Positions 26,301 through 40,652 of a stretch of DNA of 64,000 nt are shown here, piece after piece. The DNA comes from Mobula hypostoma (Eukaryota): contig NC_086097.1 of assembly GCF_963921235.1 (NCBI RefSeq), forward strand, positions 96,536,001-96,600,000, given 5' to 3'. A model generated the notes under the pieces. That model had not been told where the DNA came from. It worked only from the letters and a program-made list of their open reading frames with translations, and made no database searches. Made by a program: the position numbers and the translations under genes. Position 1 is the first letter of the stretch. The number at the start of each line of letters is the position of its first letter.

Positions 26301-26330
26301 ATAAAGAAATATAAAACTAAAAGATACAAA

Positions 26331-28328
26331 GACGAGAAAGGCAGCAGATGCTGAAAATCCAAAGCAACACACACAAAATGCTGGAAGAACTCAGCAGGTC
26401 AGGCAGCACCTGTAGAAATGAATAAATAATCAACATTTCAGGCTGAAACCCATCTTCAGAGCTAAGGAAGGGGGAATATGCCTGAATAAAAAGGTAGGGG
26501 GAGGGGAAAGGAGCTTCCAGGAAGGTGATGGTGAAGCCAGGTGGGTGAGAAAGCTCAAGGGCTGGAGAAGAAATAATCTGATAGGAGGGCGGGTACTGTA
26601 GTCAGAATGTGTGTGGCACAACTGGCAGGTGTTTACTGACATTTTTAATCTCTCCTTCTCCCAGTGTAGAGTGCCCTCCTGCTTCAAAACATCCACCATT
26701 GTCCCTGTACCTAAAAAGACCAACTGAACAACTGGTGTCCTGTCGCACTCACCTCAATAATTAGCAAATGCTTTGAGAGGCTGGTCAAGGACTACATCTG
26801 CAGTATGCTACCACCTGCACTGGACCCATTACAATTTGCCTACTGACACAACTGATCGACAGATGACACAGTAACCACAGCTCTACACAGTGTCCTTACA
26901 CATCTGAAGCATCCCTCTTCTCATGTGAGAATGCTGTTCTTGGGCTACAGTTCAGCTTTCAACACCATAATTCCCTCCAGGTTCAACAAGGTGGTCCAAG
27001 ACCTCAGCCCCATGCCTTGTGCAGCTGGATCCTGGACTTCCTGTCAGATCGCTGGCAGGTGGCAAGATGGGCTCCTTCACTTCTGCCCCTCAACACAGGA
27101 GTCCTCCAGGGCTATGTCCTAAGCCCCCTCCTTTACTCTCTGTACACTCATGACTGTCGCCACCCACAACTCCAATCAGCTAATTAAATTTTCTGATGAT
27201 ACTACATTGATTGGCCTTATCTCAAATAATAATGAGGCAGCCTACACAGAAGTCATCACCCTGACACATTGGTGTCATGAAAAGAACCTTTCCCTCAATG
27301 TCGCAAAAACAAAGGAGCTGGTTGTGGGCTACAGGAAGAACAGAGACAGGCTCACCCCTATTGACATCAATGGATCTGGGGTTGAGAGGGTGAACAGCTT
27401 CAAGTTCTTTGGTAACACATCACCGAGGATCTCACTTGGTCTGTACATACTGGCTGTGTGGTGAAAAAAAACAAAACAGCACCTCTTTCACCTCAGACGG
27501 CTGAAGAAGTTTGGTATGAGTCCCCAAATCCTAAGGACTTCCTACAGGGGCATAATTGAGAGCATCCTGACTGGCTGTATCACTATCTGGTATGGGAACT
27601 GTACTTCCCTCAATCGCAGAGAGTGGTGTGGACAACCAAGCGCCTCTGTAGATGTGAACTTCCCACTATTCAGGATATTTACAAGGACAGGTGAGTAAAA
27701 AGGGCCAGAAGGATCATTGGGGACCTGAGTAACCCCAACCACAAACTGTTCCAGCTGCTACCACCTGGGAAACGGTACAGCAGCATTAAAGCCAGTACCA
27801 ACAGGCTCCAGGACAGCTTCCTTCACCAGCCACCAGACTGATTAATTTACACTGACACAATTGCATTTCTAAGCTATATTGACTGTTCTGTTGTATATCT
27901 TACTGTACATACTATTTATTACAAATTACTATAATTTACACATTGCACATTCAGACAGAGATATAACGTAAAGATTTTTACTCCTTATCTATGTAAAGGA
28001 TGTAAGAAATAAAGTCAATTCAATAGGAGAAAAGGAAGGAGAAGGGGACCAGGGAAAGTAATGGGCAAGTGATAAGAAGAAAAAGGTCAGAATGAAGAAT
28101 CCTATTAGATTCTTTCTTCTTCAGCCCTTGACCTTTCCCACCTATCTGGCTTCACTTATCATCTTGCAGCTAGCCTCTTTCCCCTCTCCCCAACTTTCTA
28201 TTCAGGCATCTTGCCCCTTCCTGCTAGGTTCCAAAAAAGGGTCTCGGCCTGAAATGTTGACTGTTTACTCTTTTCCATAGATGCGACCTGACCTGCTGAG
28301 TTCCTCCAGCAACGTGTGTGTGTTGTAC
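26331..28328. mobile_element. Inverted Penelope terminal-repeat element interrupted by a Rex/Babar LINE
   Basis: Minus arm at 26331-26587 and about 28030-28090, plus arm at about 28097-28328; TSD AAGATACAAA at 26321-26330 and 28329-28338. Confidence 0.82.
26588..28022 (+). mobile_element. Rex1/Babar-like LINE (RT to 3' end)
   Basis: [68 protein letters not shown] at 26581-26587 and 28023-28029. Confidence 0.9.
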
Positions 28329-28381
28329 AAGATACAAATGTTATTGTGCATGGGAAATTTTTAAAACAAAAAAAAAATTAC

Positions 28382-28568
28382 CTGACATCGTCGACAATGT
28401 GATCTGTCATCCCATTCAGGCACTCGCGAAGTTCTATCACCTCTTCTTTTAGTTCTCTCACACATTGAAGTATTACATCTAACTGTTCCCATATTTCTAG
28501 CTGCTGTACTTTCAGTGTTTCATAGTTGCTGTAATTATCTGCCAATTTTGTTCGACTTTCCATCTTTA
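28382..28568 (-). CDS. RMDN3: RMDN3 coding exon 2 (coiled coil)
   Basis: 187 nt, T-rich acceptor TTTGTTTAG| and donor |GTAATT, phase 1 to phase 2; LDVILQCVRELKEEVIELRECLNGMTDHIVDDVR aligns with mammalian [34 protein letters not shown]. Confidence 0.93.
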
Positions 28569-30889
28569 CTAAACAAAAAAAAAGTAAATGGTTGAATAAC
28601 ATTAAATATGCTGTTAATCTTTTATTTAATGTGAAGTTACAAAAGAACTAAGATTTATATTCATTTAATGACACAATATTTGCATTGACTTACTGGCCCA
28701 TTAAGTTTGAGTGTTTTTCGCTATAAAAAAATTCTCAAATGTCACTGTTTTTACATACAAGAATAAATGGAAATTTCACAACAGCAATTCTCAGACCAAT
28801 GGGTGCAAATTTCAGCATGTTTTTTTAGCTTGAACTATCAGGGTCAAATGAGAGTGCACGACTTTAAGTTTAACAAGTCTGAAAGCCAAACTGTGCTTTC
28901 ACAGAGGGTAATGGTGGAATTATCCTATTTATTAACTAATAATTGCCTTGGGTTATTAGAGATATGAAACCTTCACTTTATACCAGTTTGGTACTTATTG
29001 TAATAATGGTGTGAGACAAGGTTTCCACGACATTGATGAAGGACATCAAAGGAAGAATGACAGCTGTCAAAGGCAAATAATTATGAATTGATGAAAAATT
29101 TTAGGTGACATCCACTTGATGTTAGTACACCTACCTTTTTGCTGAGTGTTTAATGACAATTTAAGAAAATAATCAAATGTTGTGTCACATATGATCCCTA
29201 GAATTTAAAGTGTCACAATTGTACTATTAGACTATACAAGCTGCATCAGTTTGAATCAGTGTCTTGGGATGAAGCTTAATATTACACAATAGTCACACAA
29301 TAGCACCTGATGTAATGGCAAACAAGTGATTGATACTGAAGGAGTTGGCAATGGTTGCACCAAAGGCACTTTCCTGAGGTACACCTGGTGAACTCATGAA
29401 CTACAATATTGATATCCTAATGCACATCAGTTTTTCTACAGCCTTCTTCCAATGTTATAAATTCCAAGTCCATTGCCTTCAGATTCCATATTTTTAAAAA
29501 AACTCAGTCACTAAACTCATCCTTCTCCCTGTATAACATTATTAGATTATTCACAATTGGTCACCTATCCAACTCAGAGAAAAGCTTCTCTTCTCACATC
29601 CTCCCCATTATTAAACCCATTAATTAACAATTTCATATAATGATCTCACATGCCATTAAAGCCGTCAATTCTGCCTTTGACAAAAATAGTTTAAGCTATT
29701 CCAGTTTTTCAAGTTAGCCTCTCATCCTTTGCCCTCTGGAAATCTGGGTTCATCCAAATCCGAAGAGCAGAGCTTAAACATAAGACAAAAAAATTCTGCC
29801 TTGTTTTAAGATCTCCAGAATGTTTTGTCAACATCTCCCTGAAATTTTGAGCTTTTGCGCATCAATTTCCTTTACAGCATCATTGGTGGCCTCTTCCAGC
29901 TGAGGCTTTGCACAAATCACTTTCATAATCACTGTACCATTCTTCCATTTATATGCTCCTGTGCTGTTTGCTATGCTAAAGGATATAAACATAAATATAA
30001 CCTGTTAGTGCAGGATGAGGCTGGTGCTCTGCTCAATTAGCTTTCAAATACACCATTGACAAAGACAAATTTGTTTCGGCTTTCCTCTGACATTCAGTTC
30101 AGATATTCATGTTTCTAGAAAAGTAGGGATAAAGTCTGGAGCCCAGTGGCTCAACAAAACATAAAACTGGAAGAATTCAGCAGCTCAATCAGCACCTGTG
30201 GAAGCAATAGATGTAAATTGGCATTTCAGGTTGGGATTCTGCATCAGGACGAAGAGTCCAACTGTTATTGTTATTTGGGTAAGTAGATTACAACCATTTT
30301 CATGGGAATTTTGAGGAACTCTGCCCCCACGCCCAGTCTAACGTTGATATTTGGGATGAGATAGTTGTAGCATCAATATATGTTCAAGATACATTGAGGC
30401 AACAGGCCTGAACCTGTCTTTGACATCACTGCTGAGTTCTTGATCATGATCTTATTTTGAAAGGAAGGGAGACCATTGAAGCCAAGCCTGATAGATGTCA
30501 ATACATTGGTTTATGCAGCTAAGTCATTTGGTTGCCAAGAAATTAAAAATCTGCAAAACATCAAACAGCAACAGGTCAAGGTCAGAGGAAGTAAACAAAA
30601 CTTCGTGGATGAATAAATGGAAGCCATTATTTTGTGAGATTGTTCCTGCATCACCATTTTGTGAACTGGTTCCTGCTCAGCAATGGCTAGAACAGGGTAA
30701 TGGAAAGTATATATAATCAAACCTCTACTGGTAACCTGCAGACTTGTGAAAGAGCAACCTGTGTCTGAACTGAAGTAATCTGAGCTCAGTGTCTGAGCTG
30801 ATCTAGCTGTGGTCTATGATGAACCAACTCAGGAAAAATCAAGGAATGTTAAAGGCAATACAAACCTAATCAGGCTAGGCCAATTGTCT

Positions 30890-32418
30890 CTGCCTGCTCC
30901 TGCCCCACCGAACGCATATCCTCATACCTCAACTCAGCCTCTCCCCAACTATATCTGTGACACATCACATACTCTCAATCTCTTCATTTAATTTCAGTTC
31001 CCTAGCTCTGGTCTCATTTTCTCCATGGATGTCCCTAAATGCTTCTATTATCCATCAAGAAGGTCTAAAGCTCTCTGCTTCTTTCTCAATGAAAGAACCA
31101 ACCAGTTTCCCTCCTCCCCCACCTCCCTCTTCCGTAAGGCAGAACTGGCCATCACCCTAAACAATTTCGCCTTTGGCTCCTCGTACTTATTCCAGACTCG
31201 AGGGACACCCACATGGGCCCCAGCTATGCCTGCCTATTCATTGGCTATGTAAAGCAGTTCATATTCCAAGCCATATTCTAGTAGTGCTCCCAAGTTTTTC
31301 CTGCTCTATATTGATGACTGCATCGGTGTTGCTTCATGCTGAGCTTGCCAGTTTCATTCACTTCGCCTCCAACTTCCACCTACCCTTAAATTCACTCCTT
31401 CCGTTTCTGATACCTTCCTCCCCTTTCTCAATCTCTGTCTTCAACTCTGGAGACAAGGTGCTGACCAACATCTTTTTATAGGCGTACTGATTCTCACAGC
31501 TATCTTTGACTATACCTCTTCCCACCATGTATCCTGTAAAAATACTATTCCCTTTTCTCAGTTCCTTCGTCTCCACTACAGCTGTCCCCAGAATGAGGCT
31601 TTCTTTCCCCAGACATCCACACTCACCCCATCTTCCTACCATCTTAATCGTCCTAACCTACAATGAGCCTCCACTTCCAACACATCATTCTTTGCAAATC
31701 CGCCATCTCCAAAAGGATCCTACCACTAAACACATCTTTACCTCCCCCACCCCCACTTTCTGCAGGATCACTCCCTCCATGATTTCCTTGTCTAGTCATC
31801 CCTCCCCACTAATTTTCCTCCCGGCACTTATCCTTACAAGCCCAAAGTACTACACCTCCCTCACCTCAATTCAGGGGCCCAATCAGTCCTTCCAGGTGAG
31901 GGAACACTTCACCTGCAAATCTGCTGAGGTCATCTATTGTATCTGATGAGGCCTCTTCTACATCAGTGAGACCTTCATAAATTGAGGAAATCACTTCATT
32001 GAGCACCTCCACTCCATCAAAAGTGGTACTTCCCAGTGGCCCAACATTGGAATTCTGATTCCCATTCCGACGTGTCAGTCCATGGTCTCCTCTTGTGCCA
32101 CAATGAGGCCACCCTCATTGTGGGTAACCTCCAACCCAATGGCATGAATATCGATTTCTCCTTCTGGTAAAAAAAACTCCACCCCCCGCCCCACCCCTCC
32201 TCTTCTATTCCCCACTCTGGCCTCTTACTTCTTCTAACTTGCCTATCAGCTCCCTCTGGTGCCACTCCCACCCTCCCTCTCCAGTCCTGAAGAAGGGTCT
32301 CAGCCTTAAATTACAACTGTTTGTCCATTTCCATAGAGGCTGTTTGACCTGCTGAATTCCTTCGCATTTTGTGCAAGTTGCTTTGGAATTCCAACATCTG
32401 CAGAATTTCTTATGTTTA
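30890..32418 (+). mobile_element. Neptune-like Penelope element (RT, GIY-YIG, terminal repeat), degenerate
   Basis: HQEGLKAL, TLNNFAFG, MGPSYACLF, YIDDC, IQGPNQSFQVREHFTC; terminal repeat with decayed hammerhead CCAGTCCTGAAGAAGGGTCTCAGCC at about 32281-32305. Confidence 0.85.
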
Positions 32419-32842
32419 ACAAAGGCAAATCCTTATTAGTGAGAAGAGCAATGAAGCAATCTGTAGCCTTGGGCCAGGGTGAATGAAAGTGAACGTAGGC
32501 TCACTAGATAAACTAGAATCAAGAGAATTGAAGTATAACCATGCAGAGCTAATAAAAGAGAAAAGAGATGAAGGATTTCAGATGTAGATCAGTGAAAGCT
32601 CCAGAGCTAACCTATTGCAAGGAATACCCTCATGCCTTGGACAGGAAGAAGAAAGATTCAATAGGAAATTCCTATTTTGGTGTTATAAATTGGAGAGGAG
32701 GGGAGTGGTCTGGGTAAGTATTAGTACAAAAGAAAGGATAGTATTCAGGAACCCAAATCACTGGCCGAGAGTCAACATAATTTATGTGGATATTTGCCTT
32801 AATACAATAAATTGTGAGTTTTGAATTAACTAAAATTTGTGT

Positions 32843-33240
32843 GTTAGGACTTTATTCCTTGAAACGTAGAAGACTGAGGGGAGGATTGATAGAGGTACAC
32901 AAAATTATGAGTATAGATAGGGTAAATTCAAGCAGGCACTTTCCACTGAGGTGGAGTGAGACTCCAACTCGAGATCATGGTTTAAGGGCAAAAGGTGAAA
33001 TGTTTAAGGGGAACACAAGGGAAAGCCTCTTCACTCAGAGGGTCATGAGATTGTGGAATGAGCTGCCAGTGTAACTGGTGCATGCAAGCTCGATTTCAAT
33101 GTTTAGGAGAAGTTTGAATAGCTACGTGGATAGGAGGGACATGGGCCAGTCATAGGTACAGTAGATGGGACTAAGCAGTTTAAATGATTCAGCATGGACT
33201 AGACGGGCCAATGGGCTGTATATTTTTATAACTCTATGAC
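32843..33240 (+). mobile_element. CR1 3' end
   Basis: LGLYSLKRRRLRGGLIEVHKIM..FTQRVMRLWNELP; CTCTATGAC tail. Confidence 0.85.
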
Positions 33241-33412
33241 ACCAGTACTATATGCATGAGACACTGCTTCAAAAAGGCAACATCTATCAAAGATCCTAGC
33301 TATCTGGGCCATGCCACCTTCTCTCTGCTACTGTTGGATAGGAGGTACAGGAGGCACGGAAGGCTGAAGCCCCCTGATCACCAGCTTCAAGAGTAGCAAC
33401 TTCCCTTCAAGT

Positions 33413-34840
33413 GAAAGAGATAAAGGGCTGGAGAAGAGGGAATCTGATAGGAGAGGACAGAAGACCAGGAAACAAAGGGAAGGGGGAGGAGCATTGGGGG
33501 GGGTGATGGGCAGGTAAGGAGATAAGGTGAGAGAGGGAAATGGGAATGGAGAATGGTGGGGGGAGGGGAGCAATACTGGAAGTTCTGTAAATGTACGTTC
33601 ATGCCATCAGTTTGGAGACTACCCAGATGGAACACAAGGTGTTGCTCCTCCAGCCTAACCGTGGCCTCATTGCAGCAGTAGAGGCTATTTACTGGCATGT
33701 CGGAATGGGAAGGAGAATTAAAATGGGTGGCCACAGGGAGATCCAGAACCAAGATGTCCTCCTGCTTCAAAGAAAAGGGCTTCCCTTCCTCCACCATCAA
33801 CGCTACCCTCAACCGCATCTCTTCCACTTTCTGCACGTCTGCCTTCACCCCATTCTCCTGCCACCCCACCATGGATAGATTTCCTCTTGTCCTCACCTAC
33901 CACCCCACCAGCCTCCAAGTTCAACACAAAATTCTCCATAACATCCGCCAACTCCAACAGGATCCCACCACCAAGCACATCTTTCCCTCCCCCCACTTTC
34001 TGCTTTCCGCAGGGATTGCTCCCTACGTGTCTCCCTTGTCTATTCGTCCCTCCCCACTGATCTCCCTCCTGGCACCTATCCTTGCAAGCAGAACGAGTGT
34101 TACACCTCCTCCCTTAATACCATTCAGGGCCATAAACAGTCCTTCCGGGTGAGGTGACATTTCACCTGAGTCTATTGGGGTCCTCTACTGTATCCGGTGC
34201 TCTCACTGTGGCCTCTTGTATATTGGTGAGACTGACATAGATTGGGAGACCACTTCGCTGAGCACCTACACTCTGCCCGTCAAAAAAAGCAGGATCTCCC
34301 AGTGGCCACCCATCTGAATTGCATTTCCCATTCCGACGTGTCAGTCCATGGCCTCTTCTACTGCCACAATGAGCCCACTCTCAGGTTGGAGGAGCAATAC
34401 CTTATATTCCGGCTGCACAGCCTCCAACCTGATGGTATGAACATCGATTTCTCGAACTTCCGATAATGCCCCCCCCCAACTATTCCCCGTTTTCCTCTCT
34501 CACCTTATCTCTTTACCTACCCATCACCTCCCTCTGGTGCTCCTTCCCCTTCCCTTTCTTCCATGACCTTCTGTCCCCTCCTATCAGATTCCCTCTTCTC
34601 CAATCCTTTATCTTTTTCACTAATCAACTTCGTAGCTCTTTACTTCACCCCTCCCAGTTTCACCTATCACCTACTACCTTGCATTTCTTCCACCCCTCCC
34701 TCAACCTTCTTACTCTGACTTCTTGTCTTTTTCTCCAGTCCTGATGAAGGGTCTTGGGCCAAAGCGTTGACTGATACTCTTTTTCATAGATGCTGCCTGG
34801 CCTGCTGAGTTCCTCCAGCATTTTGTGGGCAGTGCTTTGT
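33413..34840. mobile_element. Neptune-like Penelope element with a 5' inversion
   Basis: Minus segment to about 33738 (PVATHFNS..LEEQHLVFHLGSLQ) abuts a plus segment (FKEKGFP..PLVLTYHP..IRCSHCGLLYIGET..EEQYLIFRL); terminal repeat with CAGTCCTGATGAAGGG at 34736. Confidence 0.87.
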
Positions 34841-35934
34841 TTTTATTTGTTCTAATTGTGTTTTCTTGTAAAATCTGTATTTTTCTTGTGAATGCTGCTT
34901 TATTATGCTATGTGCCTGAGCTGTTGTCACAAGTAGGAATTTCATTGCACCTGTAAACAATGAAAACTTGACTCTGACTTTGAACTTGACTGCATATCTG
35001 CATACAGTACATTCCAGATTCTCACCGCACAGTGTATAAAAAAAAGTTATTCCATTAAGTTTTTCTTTTCCCCTTTATACCCATGACCACAGTCCCCAAC
35101 TCTCCTCTGGCCACTCAGTGTTCACTTGTCCAGACCTCACATATCATTTTATATACTTTGATCAAATTTCTCCTCAGCCTTCACTTCTTTAAGGAAAACA
35201 AGCTTAGCCTCTAATTAATACTTGCGACTATAGCCCTTCATTGCAGGAACGATTCTTGCAATTCTTTCTGGCTCCTTGCCAATGCCCTCATATCGTTTCT
35301 ATAATGAGGTAACCAAAATTGAATGGAATTGACCAAAATTGTTCCAGTTGCAGCCAGATGTGTGTTCTATAAAGGTTTGGCATGATCTCCTTGCTTTTAT
35401 ACTCTCTGCTTCTATTGATAAGCTCCAGTGTATGCCTGATAAACAGCTTTCTCAATTTATCCTACCTCTTTCGCTAACTGTGAACCCAATAGCCCCGATC
35501 TCTCTGCCCCAAACCCCTTTTAGAATAGTATTCTTTAGCACACATTAGTTCTTACATCTGTTTCTGAGGATCCATCCACTTTTTAAATTGCTCTAGTTCA
35601 AAAATGAAACATTCATAATATCCATTGCCCACAGTTCAGCCAACTTTCTATTCATGCTATCAATATCCCTTTCATCTAAATGCTTCAATTTTGCTGATGT
35701 GACAACATAACAAAAACTCTTTCAAAGACCGTGAACATCACATCAACTAAGTTACCCTTATCAGCTTATCAAAAATTCTAACAAATTGTGTTTAATTATT
35801 TTTTTCCTTAAAACTGAAACAGCTTGCTTTAATTAATTCTTTTTCCTTCCCAATCATGTCCTGAATTTTGAATGTCTTCAGAAAGTTTTGCCATCTATAA
35901 ATTTGCCAGTCACACAATTGTTGTTGACAGAATC

Positions 35935-36720
35935 TCAGATGGTAATGAGGAGGCATACAGAAGTGAGATAGATTGGTTGGTTTAGTGATGTCACACAACA
36001 AACTTGCACTCAACATCAGTAAGACCAAGGAATTGATTGTGGACTTCAGGAAAGGGAAGCTGAGGGAAACACACCGGTACTCTAAGCTACCACTAGCGGA
36101 AGGATGAGCAGTTTCAAGTTCCTGGGAGTCAACATCTCTGAAGATCTATCCTGGGCCCAACATATTGATGCATTGTGAAGAGAGCACACCAGAGACTATA
36201 TTTCATTAGGAGTTTAAGGAGATTTGGTATGTCACCAATGACACTATCAAATTTCTACAGATGTACCGTGGAGAGCATTCTAACTGGTTGCTTCACCGTC
36301 TGGTATGGAGGGGCCACTGGACAGGGTCAGAAAACACTGCGCAAAGCTGTAAACTCAGTCGGCTCTGTCATGGGTACTACGAGGACATCTTCAAAAGACA
36401 ACACCTTTAAAAGGTAGTATCCATCGTTAAGGACCCCCACCACCGAGAACATGTTTTTCTCTTATTACTACCCTCAGAGGTGGTACAGGAACATGTAGAC
36501 ACACTTAAAAGTTTTAGGAACAGCTTCTTTCCCTCCACTATCAGATTTTTGAACACAAAGAACACATGAATACTAACTCACTATTTATGTGTGTGTGTAT
36601 ACATACACATATACAATCTTATCTTGATTTATAGTGTATTTTAAGTATTACACTATACTGCTGCAGCAAAACAGATTTTATAACATATGTCAGTGATAAT
36701 ACATCTGATTTTGATTCTGA
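35935..36720 (+). mobile_element. Rex1/Babar-like LINE 3' fragment
   Basis: KTKELIVDFRK, RAHQRLYFIRSLRRFGMS..ESILTGCFTVWYG; GATTCTGA tail. Confidence 0.85.
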
Positions 36721-37699
36721 AACTAAATGGCCTAAAGTCGTTGTGCTTCTCTTTAGTCTCTTTTCCCATAAACCAAGAGAGTAGTACTTACTACCAATCC
36801 TTATCTACCTCCTAGCACCAGCACCTTATCTAACAAGCATTAAAAGATTATGGTCAGTGTACTCTGAATTTTCTTTTGCAGCCAAGGTTAAGATGCACTT
36901 TTGCTTTTCTTCCCCCACTTCCTTTAAGCTCACTCCAGTAACTGTAATATACAATATAACTTAGGCCACGCTGTCAGTGGAATACCTCTGATAATGTAGC
37001 AAAATTAATGAAGGCCTTTTTGATGTATGTACCTAAAAGAACCCATGACACACCAAATCCAAATATATTTCTCATTCCGCACCTTCAAGTAGATTGAGTA
37101 TCCTGTCATTATTAAATTGACATTTGAAGAGTTTTCCCAAAGCTGCTTGCAGACCAAGAGCATATTTCAAATTATTCACACTTTTGCTTTAGAACACATA
37201 AGGTAGTGTTAAATGTAAGCTCAGGTTTACTTTTTTGTATCCCGAATTGAATATATCCCTACAAATATTAAGTGACAATATCACTAGCTCTTCAACTTGC
37301 TGACTAGATTTTGTTTATATGATTCATAATAGAATCTTTCAAGTAATTGTTGTAAGTTAAAAGGAAATCAATTGAAGTTTGAACATTGGGTTGCCTACTT
37401 TATTAATATTCTATCACGATCAATGACATAGCTGACTGATTACATCACACATATGAAGAGAATAAATTAGAAATTTTTCAAGCGCTATTTTAAAAAAAAG
37501 TCATGTTTTTGTAAAATAATGCTGCAGAATCAGTTATCAGGTTGCCATTGATATAGTCCAGAGTGAGAAGTGAGATGGTGAGTTAATATGGGAGATTTAT
37601 ATTTATTCATAGAATTATGCACAAGCCTGTACTGTATGGAACATTAAAGTATATTATGTGTAGAGATACAGGGAGAAACTGTATGCATCGATCCACCTA

Positions 37700-38060
37700 G
37701 ATCATGCCATACATCACTGAGGCAGTAAAGAAATAGAATGCAGAACATATATTGCACTTACAAAGAAAAAAAAAGTACACATAAACAAATAAAGTGCAAG
37801 AGCCACAATGGGTAGATTGTGAGAGCAAGTACATGACAGGCAAGTTCTAGAGGCTGATAACAGCAGGTTAAGTGTCCTAAAGTCTCTTCTATATGCTTTC
37901 AGACTTTTATATCTTCTGCCTGACAATGAAGGAAGTGGTAAGAATGACTGGAGTGGGATCCTTGATAATGTTTGCTGCTCTCCCAAAGCAGCAGGAAGTA
38001 CAGATGGAGTCAACGCAAGGGGAGCTGCTTTAAGTGATGGATTGGGCTGCATTCATTACT
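37700..38060 (-). mobile_element. Rex1/Babar-like 3' fragment, old
   Basis: Minus-strand LPSLSGRRYKSLKA motif. Confidence 0.55.
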
Positions 38061-38069
38061 TTAATTATC

Positions 38070-39960
38070 TCAACTTCATTTTGTCCTCCTTGATTCAGTC
38101 ACCTCCCACCTACATCTATGACACTTTGTGTGGTCTCCACCATTTCAATAACATTCAGTTCCCCACCCCTGACCACCTCACCTTCACCACAGACACCTAG
38201 CTCCTGCATCTTCAATGCCCCATCAGGAAGGGCTCAAGGTTCTCCACTTCTTTCATGACAACACACCAAACCAGCTCCCCTCCACCCCCACCCTCCTCTT
38301 TCTGGCAGAACTGCTACACACCCTTGCAGCTTTTCTTTTGGCTCCTCCTACTTTTTCCAAACCAAAAAGTTATCCATGGGCCCCATGTATGCATGCCCTT
38401 TTGTCAGTTACGTGGAACAATCCATGTTCCAAGCCTACACTGGTAATGCTTCCCCAACTCTTTCTCTACTAGTGAAGATTACATTGGTGCTGCTTTCTGC
38501 ACTCATGTGGAGCTCATCAATTTCATCAACTTCACCACCAACTTCCACCCTGCCCTCAAATTTACTTGGTCTATCTTCAACAACTCTCTCCCCCATCTTT
38601 ATTTGTCTCCATCTCCAAAGACAGATTATCTACCCACATATTTTACAAACCCATTGACTCAGTTATCTTCACTGTACTTCTTCCTACCCTGTCTCTTGCA
38701 ATGGTAGTAAAAGGAGAGTCAGTGTATGCTGTTTACTTGGATTTTCAGAAGGCCTTTGACAAGATGCCAACATGAAACTGCTAAGCAAGATAAGGGCCTA
38801 TGGTATTACAGGAAAGATACTAGCATGGACATCAGATTGGCTGAGAGTGGGAATAAAGTGGTGCTTTTCTGGTTGGCTATCGCTAACCAGTGATGTTGAA
38901 CAAAAGTCTACTATTTTTCATATTACATACTTATGATATGGCTCTGCATTAAACCTGTTTCTGCACCTCTTCCCTTACCACCATTCAGAGCCCTAAACAA
39001 TTATTCATTATTTTAGCTAAGGCACCACTTCATATGTGAATCCAGAGTCATTTACTGCATGTGTTCCAGGTGCAACCTCCACTACACTGCCAACACAGAG
39101 TGAGAGAAAGCATCATGTGAGTGCACCATCAAATACCTTCCCTCTGTCCAATGTAACAGCCAGAACCTCTTGAAAGCCTGCTATTTGAATTCCTCTTCAC
39201 ATTCCCATAAATGCATGTCTGCCTATGGCCTTTTCTACTGCTATGTTGACACCAGTTCAAATTGGAGGAGTAACACCTCATATTCCATCTTGGTAATTGC
39301 CAATCCTACAGCAACATCAATTTCTCCAACTTCTGGCAACCATTCCCCTCTGTTCCCATCCCCTACTTTACTTTCCTTCATCGCTTTTACCCCTTTATCT
39401 CTTCTCTTTACCCTCCCCTACCCATGTCTTGCCTGTCAACTACTTCTTCCTCCCTCTGCTTCCAGACCCCCTTCCTTTTATTCCACAGGATACTAAAAGT
39501 CAAAGTAAATTTATTATCAAAGTACATACATTTCACCATATACAATTCTGAGATTTACTTCCTTGTGGGCATACTCAGTAAATTCAATAGCCATTATAGT
39601 CAATGAAAAACTGCACATATCCTCACTCCTTGACTACACTTCTTCCTACCCTATCTCTTGCAAGGATAGTCAGAGCATCAGTATAAAGTGCAAAGTCCAT
39701 ACCAATCCTGTTACTGCCTGTCCTACTAGCCTCTCCTATCATCTGCCTTCTTCAGCCTTTGCCTCTTCCACCTGTCACTTCTCAACTTTTCACATCATTC
39801 CCTTCACACCTTCCTTCTCTTACTTGAATTCATATATCACCGGCCAGCTTATGCACTTTTCCCTCCCTCACCTTTTCATTCTGGCTTCTGTTCTTTCTTT
39901 CTTTCTAGTCCTGATGAAGAGTCTCAGCCTGAAGTGTCAACTGTTCATATCGCTCCATGC
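38070..39960 (+). mobile_element. Fragmented Neptune-like Penelope element with a CR1 piece inserted at about 38701-38900
   Basis: HQEGLKVL, MGPMYACPFVSYVEQ, NFHPALKFTW; insert VYLDFQKAFDKMP; decayed hammerhead AGTCCTGATGAAGAGTCTCAGCCTGAAG at about 39907. Confidence 0.78.
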
Positions 39961-40652
39961 TACAACCATAGACTGCAAGATACAGGAACAGAATTAGGCC
40001 ATTTAGCCCATGGATTCTACTTCCCCAGTTCAACCATGGCTGCTTTATTTTCCCTCTCAACCCAATGCTCCCATCTTCTCCCTATACCCTTCACCTTACT
40101 AATCAATAATCAACCTCCTTTTTAAATATACCTCCACATCCATTTGTGGCAATGAATTCCACAGATTCACCACTCTCTGCTAAAGAAATTCCGCCTCATG
40201 TTGCTGCCTGTTTTGCTCAGTTCCTCCGGTATTTTGTGTGTTATTCCAGATTTCCAGCATCTGTAGTCTCTCATAAGATTCTCTGCAATTTGTTTCTGAT
40301 CTTGGGCACTGTATACAGTACTGGGAATTCTAATTACCTTTTGTAGGTGAAACATATGCACTAGATCAGTTCCCCATATTCCCTTCCGATCATATTTTAA
40401 ATGGACTACAAAACAATTGAAGCATGTTTGTAGAGTTGAAAATGCCCTATTTGAAGAGAAATTGTTGAATATTTTGTTGAGAGAAACTCCCAATATTAAC
40501 AACTACAATAATTTGAAATGGGGAAGAGAGTGCATGGGTTAACAATACAGAATGCAAACAAAGCGGATACTATTTGCGGGAAGGGACGCTTATTTATACA
40601 ACAGGATGAATATAGCCACACCAACAATGACCCACTCAGCTTTATCGCTCAC

